Under the pieces are notes generated by a model. It did no database searches. It was not told the origin of the DNA and saw nothing but the letters and a program-made list of their open reading frames with translations. Shown one piece after another: positions 1-6,797 of a stretch of DNA of 64,000 nucleotides; the first letter of the stretch is position 1, and each line of letters starts with the position of its first letter. The DNA is taken from the NCBI GenBank assembly GCA_900547975.1, contig URIX01000003.1:17867-81866 (forward strand), written 5' to 3'. The translations under genes and the position numbers were made by a program. The stretch comes from an uncultured Eubacteriales bacterium (GTDB lineage: Bacteria > Bacillota > Clostridia > Christensenellales > CAG-917).

Positions 1-506
1 GATAGTATATATGCAGAAATGTCTTGTTGTTGTTTATTTTGTGCGATGTATGTCCTGTGAATTCCGTCAATTATAAGTGTTTCGTTTATAAAGTTATAAG
101 CAATTATAATTGGACTATGTTCACTTTGTAATGAAAGCGCTTTTATTTTGTTTATGTTAATTTCTGACTTTGATAAATTGATACTGTTAGTAGGAATTGA
201 AGTAATTGGTATATTCTTTTCTTTGATTATTTGTTCTGCCTTGTCAATAGAAAATGTAAGGGTGAAGGTTAAGCCAAGCATATTATAATCTTGTGTAAAA
301 AACTGGCTGTCTATGTTTTTTCTTGTTAAATAGTAAGACTTGTTTTGTATATTATGAATTTTTCCAATATAAAAATCTAGTTCATATTTAATCTCTGGAT
401 GTATCTCTTCTATTTGTTTAATATTGTTTTCAAATTCCTCAATGTTTGTTAATGGTATTGTTTCATATGACGTTATGCAATTATCAATATTTTGTTTATT
501 ATTCAT
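1..506 (-). CDS. ParB/sulfiredoxin-like domain protein, 3' end cut by the window edge (absent from the supplied ORF track)
   Basis: My own minus-strand translation from ATG at 506 (GGGAG 5 nt upstream) gives MNNKQNIDNCITSYETIPLTNIEEFENN...SPIIIAYNFINETLIIDGIHRTYIAQNK, open to position 1. The IIDGxHR stretch resembles the ParB N-terminal-domain signature. Extremely AT-rich. Sits 20 nt downstream of the XRE gene. Confidence 0.55.
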   Translation of the reverse strand, partial: MNNKQNIDNCITSYETIPLTNIEEFENNIKQIEEIHPEIKYELDFYIGKIHNIQNKSYYLTRKNIDSQFFTQDYNMLGLTFTLTFSIDKAEQIIKEKNIPITSIPTNSINLSKSEININKIKALSLQSEHSPIIIAYNFINETLIIDGIHRTYIAQNKQQQDISAYIL

Positions 507-525
507 TTATTCTCCCGTAAATATA

Positions 526-783
526 TTATTTTTTCTTTGTTTGAGTTGTAGTAAAAAAAACTTGTTTTGTTCCGTCTATGCTTTCGTATCCGAGAAGATA
601 ATCGGTTGATACTTCGAGGATGGATGCAAGTTTTTTTATATCTTCGATGCAAGGCTCTTGTTTATCGAGTTCCCACGATGAAATCGTCATTTTGCTGACA
701 TTGAAATAACTGGCTATATCATTCTGCGAATAGCCTTTTTCTTTTCTTAATTCTTTTAGTCTGTCACCAAAAATTTTGCTCAT
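526..783 (-). CDS. XRE-family helix-turn-helix transcriptional repressor (candidate prophage repressor)
   Basis: 85 aa. LKELRKEKGYSQNDIASYFNVSKMTISSWE is a typical HTH_3/Cro-CI motif. Divergent from the + strand ORF block and abuts the operator array. Confidence 0.85.
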   Translation of the reverse strand: MSKIFGDRLKELRKEKGYSQNDIASYFNVSKMTISSWELDKQEPCIEDIKKLASILEVSTDYLLGYESIDGTKQVFFTTTQTKKK

Positions 784-785
784 AG

Positions 786-868
786 GTAAAGAATAACATT
801 ACATATAAAAAATTGTTGACAGTAATGAAAAACATTACTATAATATGAAATGTAATGATAATCATTAC
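786..868. promoter_or_regulatory. Three 17-bp operator-like inverted repeats, GTAATG-N5-CATTAC
   Basis: O1 786-802 gtaaag-aataa-cattac (1 mismatch); O2 822-838 gtaatg-aaaaa-cattac; O3 852-868 gtaatg-ataat-cattac. Centre spacing is 36 and 30 bp. O2 fills the promoter spacer and O3 covers the predicted transcription start. Confidence 0.7.
816..844 (+). promoter_or_regulatory. Consensus sigma-A promoter for the + strand phage operon
   Basis: TTGACA (816-821), exact 17-nt spacer, TATAAT (839-844). Confidence 0.75.
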
Positions 869-1029
869 GGCGTAAAAATAGATGTTTTGAACGTTTAGTG
901 GCTTTTTCGTTCGCAAAACTTCTGTTTTGCGCAGGGCGCATCAAGTTTCGGTTTTTCTTCTTGTTGCGCCTTCCGCTTCGGCGGAACTCAAAAATCTACA
1001 AAAAGAAAAACGAAAAAAGAGGAACTAAT

Positions 1030-1428
1030 ATGATTATATTCTTGCTTATTAAGTATCTTCGATTGAAAGAGGCATATAGAAAACTGAACGATGACGTTCG
1101 AGCTTCTATTACCGGATGTTATTCAACGACTATTAATATTCCTTCCGGATATCAACTAAATAGAGTTTTAAAATCAAAAGATTACAGATCCGTGACGATT
1201 GAAGTTGTGCCGAACAAACTTTCGTTTTTTGAAGCAGAGATTAAAAAAATGAAAGAGCGTGAAGAAGCGCAAGCAGGCAACTGTAAGTCTATCGATGAGA
1301 TTACTGTCGAAGATTTGCAGAGTATGGACGAAACCGAGTTGAAAAAACTGCGCCATTTTAAAAAGGCATTCGATTACAAACAAAGGAATATGAAGAAGGA
1401 CGACAATGCCGACACGCCTGCATCTTGA
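1030..1428 (+). CDS. Hypothetical phage protein (133 aa)
   Basis: ATG at 1030 is preceded by AGAGGA. The tracked ORF start at 898 (GTG) adds an implausible F/R/L-rich extension across a hairpin-containing leader. Confidence 0.55.
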   Translation: MIIFLLIKYLRLKEAYRKLNDDVRASITGCYSTTINIPSGYQLNRVLKSKDYRSVTIEVVPNKLSFFEAEIKKMKEREEAQAGNCKSIDEITVEDLQSMDETELKKLRHFKKAFDYKQRNMKKDDNADTPAS

Positions 1429-1690
1429 AATACTAACGGGAACGTATAAGTTTCACGATTTTTTCAAATTCGATATCGGTTGGGATAAGTTTTCGCTCTA
1501 TCGGATGACGAATCGCTGGGGCGGTGAGAAAGTCGTGTGTATCTATCAATCGAGCAAAAAGTGTTATAGGGTGATGTACTGTGACAAGTGGAATATCAAA
1601 ATTAAGGGCGAATCGCTTGGTAATGGCTGTGAATACAGAAGTTTCCGAACTCAATGGGAACTGTGTCGTTACCTCGATACGCTTGTATAA
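1406..1690 (+). CDS. Hypothetical small phage protein (94 aa, Cys/Trp-containing)
   Basis: ATG with GAAGGA upstream; 23-nt overlap with the preceding ORF. No recognisable motif. Confidence 0.4.
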   Translation: MPTRLHLEILTGTYKFHDFFKFDIGWDKFSLYRMTNRWGGEKVVCIYQSSKKCYRVMYCDKWNIKIKGESLGNGCEYRSFRTQWELCRYLDTLV

Positions 1691-1703
1691 AGAGGAAAAC
1701 ACT

Positions 1704-2645
1704 ATGAAAGAAAAACAAAATGGTCAGACGTCTGACCGCATAATCATAAAGGCAACGGACATCGTGTCATATGGATTTTTTCAGGAATATATCCATTTTT
1801 ATTCTTCCGTTCTTGGAACTTGGTTCTTTGAACTGTACGGCAAAAAGATTGCCGTAGTAAAACATGACTGTTGGGATTTCGAGTTTAGGGAAGACGTGGA
1901 CGGCGAGTGTGGCAAAATCTGGAAGCACGGCGATTTCAATAGTTATAGGGATTTTATCAACTGCCTTTTCCCGAAAGATATGTTCGACGTCGACTTCTTC
2001 TTTCCCGTTGAGGTTATGCAAGAATATGAGATTCTGAATAGCGTAGAGGATCTTAACGATAACGTCGAGAAGAACTATCTTAACATATCGTATCTTCTTT
2101 ACGATTTGGCAACGAATCGTAAAACCTATTTCAAAGATATGGGTTCTTCGATATATGCGTATGCCGACAATCATTTCGGATATTGCCGTACAACAACAAA
2201 GAATATGGTTGCGATTTACGAGAAGTTTTGCGACCACAACGTCACGAGTTTCCCCGTAAGGCTCAAAGAAGAATTTGCGCAATATAAGTATTCGCAACTT
2301 GCGGAACTTGTTTCCGTTCCCGACGAGCTGCTTCCGAATTTCAGTCATTCGATGAGTATTAAAGATATTCGTCTTGCAAAGAAAAAATATCTTTCGTCTT
2401 TGAAGGGAACGCCGGAAAAGATAACGTCGGACGACGACGTAGCGGTTTTGCCGAAGGAAGAACGCAAGATGAGCAACGGCGAGATTGCAAAAAGAATCAA
2501 GGCGGTGAAGAATCCGTATTACAACGAAAACGCAATAGAGCAATCCGCAAGATATAAAGCGTATCAAAAGGCAATCGAGGACGTTCTCGATGCGTTGGGG
2601 ATTGTAGACTTCGAGGTGACCGGTGGCGAAGAAGACGAGGCTTGA
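1704..2645 (+). CDS. Hypothetical phage protein (313 aa)
   Basis: ATG at 1704 is preceded by AAAGAGGAAAA. Long ORF in the co-oriented block; no recognisable motif. Confidence 0.6.
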   Translation: MKEKQNGQTSDRIIIKATDIVSYGFFQEYIHFYSSVLGTWFFELYGKKIAVVKHDCWDFEFREDVDGECGKIWKHGDFNSYRDFINCLFPKDMFDVDFFFPVEVMQEYEILNSVEDLNDNVEKNYLNISYLLYDLATNRKTYFKDMGSSIYAYADNHFGYCRTTTKNMVAIYEKFCDHNVTSFPVRLKEEFAQYKYSQLAELVSVPDELLPNFSHSMSIKDIRLAKKKYLSSLKGTPEKITSDDDVAVLPKEERKMSNGEIAKRIKAVKNPYYNENAIEQSARYKAYQKAIEDVLDALGIVDFEVTGGEEDEA

Positions 2646-2925
2646 AAAAGATTTTGAATCGATTTTGCAGATTCTTGAACAGACAGATTGCGAGGATGTC
2701 GGTGACGGCGTGTTCGGTTGTCTGAAAGAGGCAATGCAAGATTCTGCAAACGATACGTCGCTTGCGATATTGTGCGACGTCGTCAAAAGGACAATCGTAT
2801 CGCTCGATATGATTTATCGCTTCGTTGTCATTCCGAAGTCGCAAAATAACATCGTTTTCAAGCAGATATTAGAATCTCACAGAACTATATCGAGCAAAAC
2901 CGTAAATACGGTAGCTAATAAATAA
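2623..2925 (+). CDS. Hypothetical small acidic phage protein (100 aa)
   Basis: GTG start with GAGGTG 4 nt upstream; overlaps the previous ORF by 23 nt. Start is uncertain. Confidence 0.4.
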   Translation: MAKKTRLEKDFESILQILEQTDCEDVGDGVFGCLKEAMQDSANDTSLAILCDVVKRTIVSLDMIYRFVVIPKSQNNIVFKQILESHRTISSKTVNTVANK

Positions 2926-2952
2926 CAAAAACCTAAAAAGGAGAACAAAACT

Positions 2953-3399
2953 ATGGCAGACAACAAAAAAATCGACGAACAACAAGTTCAGCAAGGATTG
3001 ATCGGATCTGATCCGAACGCAGAGGTTGCAGAGGAACGCAAACCCACGAACGTACGAGTTCAAAAGTTTTTGCTTTTGAGCGCAAGATCTTTCGACATTG
3101 CGAAGAAAGATGCAAAAGGTCGTAAAACTTCCGAAATGGAAAAGGTGATGCAAATCTTCTTCCTCGATGGCAATCAATGCATTCCGAAGACGGGCCAACC
3201 GTTGCTCAACGGTTTTGCTCCCGTCGTATCGATATTCCAAAGAGAGCTTACGCCGGAAGTAATGGATCTCGAAGAAATGCAAGTTTTTACGCCAGTATTT
3301 GCAAAAATCAGCGGAAACGAAAACTTCATACAGTTGCACGGTATTCTTTCGGATGCGGAAGTTGAGATGTATCGTAAGATTATGGGTGTACTTCTTTAA
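2953..3399 (+). CDS. Hypothetical phage protein (148 aa). By position it could be the ssDNA-binding-protein analogue, but this is unproven
   Basis: Strong AAGGAG RBS and soluble composition. Followed by a hairpin and a 251-nt non-coding gap. Confidence 0.65.
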   Translation: MADNKKIDEQQVQQGLIGSDPNAEVAEERKPTNVRVQKFLLLSARSFDIAKKDAKGRKTSEMEKVMQIFFLDGNQCIPKTGQPLLNGFAPVVSIFQRELTPEVMDLEEMQVFTPVFAKISGNENFIQLHGILSDAEVEMYRKIMGVLL

Positions 3400-3413
3400 G
3401 CCCCCTATTTCGT

Positions 3414-3444
3414 CCTATACGGCAAATACAAAGCGCCGTATAGG
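3414..3444 (+). terminator. Perfect 10-bp hairpin followed by a T-rich tract (terminator or ssDNA structural element)
   Basis: cctatacggc (3414-3423), 11-nt loop, gccgtatagg (3435-3444), then attttatatat. Confidence 0.45.
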
Positions 3445-3650
3445 ATTTTATATATCAAAAGCGAGGTGGTGCGGATGATCTGATTTGGTGTCAATCTCAT
3501 TAATTTCCCCTTAATTAAATTGAACGTTGTTTGTTTTCCCTGCCGTAGTCGGTGGGGAAGATAAACGGCGTAAGTAAGTAGGTAAATAAGCAAAAGTGAT
3601 TAACGGAATGGGGGTGAATAAAAAATAACATTTCGAGGTGAAAAAACAAT

Positions 3651-3863
3651 ATGGCAAAACTTATAAAAACAAAATCCGGCAAAGAAATTGCATTGCTCAA
3701 TCCTTCTGAACGTGCAAAGAAGTATTCTCGTGAACTTAAACACGGCAAGAAAAGAAACGGACAACCGCTTACAGAAGCCGAAGCAGGTTTTCGTATGGGT
3801 GTTCTGAATGAACGCTCATTGCAAGCGAAGATTTACAATCGCAAGCACGGAATCAAAAAATAA
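3651..3863 (+). CDS. Small highly basic protein (70 aa)
   Basis: GAGGTG RBS. K/R-rich (MAKLIKTKSGKE...KHGKKRNGQ...NRKHGIKK) with no TM segment. Confidence 0.6.
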   Translation: MAKLIKTKSGKEIALLNPSERAKKYSRELKHGKKRNGQPLTEAEAGFRMGVLNERSLQAKIYNRKHGIKK

Positions 3864-3869
3864 TAATTT

Positions 3870-4214
3870 ATGGCAAGAAAATATTTGCGGAAAAACGAGT
3901 TTCGGTATTACACAAAACCTGAATTTTCGTCAAAAAGCGGTAAACCGCACGTTGCACACATAAGTGCGAAATACAATAAACGCTATAAGTTTAATGTTAT
4001 AACACATTCGAGGACATTTTTTGATTCCGATACTATGGAATTGAAAAAGAATCCGAACCGTAACAACGGAGAGCAAAAGGATAAACGACAATCGAGGATT
4101 TCAAAACCTATGTGGGATAATGAAAAATACTTTTCAAAAAAGAAAGTCAAAAATTGGCGTTTTGACAAGCAAGACAAGTCCGCAATAAAGAAGTGGAACA
4201 AAAAAAACAAATAA
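3870..4214 (+). CDS. Small highly basic protein (114 aa)
   Basis: Starts 7 nt after the previous stop. K/R/N-rich, ends ...KKWNKKNK, no TM segment. Confidence 0.55.
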   Translation: MARKYLRKNEFRYYTKPEFSSKSGKPHVAHISAKYNKRYKFNVITHSRTFFDSDTMELKKNPNRNNGEQKDKRQSRISKPMWDNEKYFSKKKVKNWRFDKQDKSAIKKWNKKNK

Positions 4215-4371
4215 AAAAATCAGCCCGAGTGACCTCACGATCTGTTCCGAACACGGAATTCGGTGTGGCTGATTTCAATAGCATTATATGCAATCGTTTG
4301 ATAATTGTCAAGCGAAAATTCAAATCTGACACGGCAGAATCCGTGAATAATAAAAATGAGAGGTACATATT

Positions 4372-5232
4372 TTGAGCAGAAAATCTAAAAGTGTTTTGAA
4401 AGGCGTGCTTGTGACACTTGCCATTCTTTTGTTGGGGGTTGCGGTTACGGCAGCACTCACCAACGGTTTTAAGACTTCGAATCCATACGGCTGGCTTGAA
4501 AACTTCGACAGAATGAAGAAGGGGCAAGAGATCGCAGGCTTCGAGGTCTGCAAAGATTTCGACGTCGATTTTGAAAAACTCGTCAATAATGTCGAAGCAG
4601 TCGAGGACAAAGAAGCAGGCACGAAAACTTATGCGCTTGTTAAAACCGATAACGTAAACATCTACATCAACGTCGTTGAAACCATTGCGGACAAAAAGAG
4701 TACTTACGTTCTCAATGTGAACGGTCAAAGCGTTTGCACGAGTGCGGACGGATTCAACGATACGGCAATCGAAGCGATTAAGTCTTTCGATACTTGCAAA
4801 ATCACTGATGTTAAGAACGCAGGCAGACTCGCACATTATATCGGCGCAATCAAACCCGTTGCGACTACGGAAACTTCGGCAAAGTACGAAGTTATGAAAG
4901 TGGGGCAAACGATTTCGGGAATAGAGTGGAATTTTGACAACGGCGTTGACGTTCAAGAACTTATCAAAGGTATTGAACCTGTTGACGGGGAAGGTGGCAA
5001 AATCTACTACCTTGTCAAGACCGACAGTGAAAGTATTTCAATTTCGGTTCTATCTTCTACGCGCGAAGGCAAATCAATTTATGCGCTTTCATTTGGACAA
5101 CGTTGCCCTTGGGCTTCTGACAGTTCGATTATCGATTCGAATTTGGATTTGTGCAAATCTTTTACGGCGTGTAAAATAACCGAGGTTCACAACGCAGAGG
5201 TTCTTGCAAAATACGTCGGCGCAAAAGCGTAA
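4372..5232 (+). CDS. N-terminally membrane-anchored protein with an internal tandem domain duplication (286 aa)
   Basis: TTG start with GAGAGGT RBS. TM segment VLVTLAILLLGVAVTAAL. Two roughly 110-aa repeats (nt 4516-4854 and 4897-5229) share KxGQxIxGxE...LVKTD...KSxYxL...SFxxCKITxVxNA...YxGA. Confidence 0.7.
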   Translation: MSRKSKSVLKGVLVTLAILLLGVAVTAALTNGFKTSNPYGWLENFDRMKKGQEIAGFEVCKDFDVDFEKLVNNVEAVEDKEAGTKTYALVKTDNVNIYINVVETIADKKSTYVLNVNGQSVCTSADGFNDTAIEAIKSFDTCKITDVKNAGRLAHYIGAIKPVATTETSAKYEVMKVGQTISGIEWNFDNGVDVQELIKGIEPVDGEGGKIYYLVKTDSESISISVLSSTREGKSIYALSFGQRCPWASDSSIIDSNLDLCKSFTACKITEVHNAEVLAKYVGAKA

Positions 5233-5296
5233 CACTTTCAAATGTCGGGGGTGATTTTTTCGCCCTCGACAAAACAATTTTCCAAAGGTGATAAAA

Positions 5297-6178
5297 ATGA
5301 AAAACAATTCTTCAAAATATAACATATGTCAAATTGTCGGCGTAAGCGTTGTTTGCGCCATACTTGTTCTTGGCACTGTTCTCGGTGTTGTTTTCGGGCT
5401 TCGTTCTTCTTCGGAAGGGGCGATTACCGACTTTACACCGCAAGACGAATTTGTCGTTCGTGAGCAGGTATCGGAAGGAATAACGCTTCTGTCCGGTGTG
5501 GCTACAACGGCTGCCGACGGATCTACAACGAAAACTTTGACGGCGACAGTAAATCCTGCTGATTCGTTGAAAACAGGATATTCGTGGACGGTTGCGTTTG
5601 TCAATCCAAATTCAACTTGGGCGAAAGGAAAAGACGTTACGCAGTACGTTACTGTAACGGAAAATTCAAGCAATGAATTGCAAGCCACTGTGACTTTCAA
5701 AAAACGTTTCAATGAACAAATTAAGGTAACTATAACGTGCGATGCAAAGCCTGCCGTTACGGCATCTGCGACTGTGGATTGTTACAAGGTTTTGACAAAT
5801 GTCACGATTAAACTCGTTAATTCAAAAAATACGATTACATTGTCTGAGCTTGGTGAGGGACAAGATGCTCGTGTAGACGGCGATTTCTTACCATATGAAT
5901 ACAATGTCACTATAACCCCCGTATTGGGCGACGGCACACTTGAACCTGTTGACACATCGTCTAAAATTGTTCTTCATATGAATGCGGACGGTACCGAGGA
6001 GGCTGTGTCGGGTGGAAAGCTTAATCCCGATCAGGGTTATGCACAAGGCTATTTGACCCCAAATAATGACTATGTAATAGAATTTTTCTACGGCGGTACA
6101 TCTTATGCAAGATACGACGTTAGACTAATGGTTTATCCAAATACAATGTCGATGTCCGTAACTTCTATCAAGTTTTAA
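5297..6178 (+). CDS. N-terminally membrane-anchored protein, T/V-rich beta-type ectodomain (possibly Ig-like)
   Basis: ATG at 5297 follows AAAGGTG. TM segment IVGVSVVCAILVLGTVLGVVFGL. LTATVNPADS...YSWTVAF...LQATVTF...VTITCDA resembles bacterial Ig-like (Big_2-type) patterning; this match is weak. Confidence 0.65.
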   Translation: MKNNSSKYNICQIVGVSVVCAILVLGTVLGVVFGLRSSSEGAITDFTPQDEFVVREQVSEGITLLSGVATTAADGSTTKTLTATVNPADSLKTGYSWTVAFVNPNSTWAKGKDVTQYVTVTENSSNELQATVTFKKRFNEQIKVTITCDAKPAVTASATVDCYKVLTNVTIKLVNSKNTITLSELGEGQDARVDGDFLPYEYNVTITPVLGDGTLEPVDTSSKIVLHMNADGTEEAVSGGKLNPDQGYAQGYLTPNNDYVIEFFYGGTSYARYDVRLMVYPNTMSMSVTSIKF

Positions 6179-6188
6179 GAGGTGAACC

Positions 6189-6797
6189 GTGGCAAAACAA
6201 AGTAAAGTTTCTAAAATTATATCGGTTTTGCTTGTAATTGCGCTTTTTGCAGGCGCATTTGCAGGCATTTCCATACTTTTGAAAAAGTCGTTAGACGGAG
6301 TTTTGCCCGACTCGATGTTCTTCGTGAAAATTGCCGATAAAACGATATTTTCAACCGCTTCGGGATATGTTGTAAACAAAAATAATCCGCTTACGGTTGA
6401 AGTTAAAAAATCACTGCTGAATGACGATAAGGCAAATTATACGGTTACAATCGATGCCGATTCGGAGTTGTCTTTTTCGTATGTCAAAGACGGCAAAGTA
6501 AATTTGTTTAAATCGTCTGTCGATGTATCAGATTTCTTTGTTATCGTCGATAACGAAAAGGGATTTGTACTTACAGCAAAAGGTAGTTCTGTTACCGAAA
6601 TGCTGAACGTACTTAATGACGGTTCGTCAATAAGCGTTGATGAAAAGTATATCGATTACAAAAAGACAATGTTCTGGCTTACGATTACATCGAAAGACGA
6701 TGTGCAATCCTTTGTAAAAATTGGTTTCTCGATAAATACTTCGCCCGTCATCATACCCGACGAGATTGTTCTCGACCAAAAGGAAATTATATTCTAA
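6189..6797 (+). CDS. N-terminally membrane-anchored hypothetical protein (202 aa)
   Basis: GTG start with AGAGGTG 5 nt upstream. TM segment IISVLLVIALFAGAFAGISILL. Its stop overlaps the next start (TAATG). Confidence 0.65.
   Translation: MAKQSKVSKIISVLLVIALFAGAFAGISILLKKSLDGVLPDSMFFVKIADKTIFSTASGYVVNKNNPLTVEVKKSLLNDDKANYTVTIDADSELSFSYVKDGKVNLFKSSVDVSDFFVIVDNEKGFVLTAKGSSVTEMLNVLNDGSSISVDEKYIDYKKTMFWLTITSKDDVQSFVKIGFSINTSPVIIPDEIVLDQKEIIF

Noticed and set aside
898-1029. GTG-initiated N-terminal extension of the first phage ORF
   Set aside because: The extension (MAFSFAKLLFCAGRIKFRFFFLLRLPLRR...) runs through two perfect hairpins and has no RBS. The internal ATG at 1030 has AGAGGA upstream.
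1767-2786. 339-aa minus-strand ORF inside the phage block
   Set aside because: It is the antisense of the + strand ORF 1704-2645, which has a strong RBS and fits the co-oriented, overlapping gene chain. The minus-strand product is R/F/I/C-rich with no start context.
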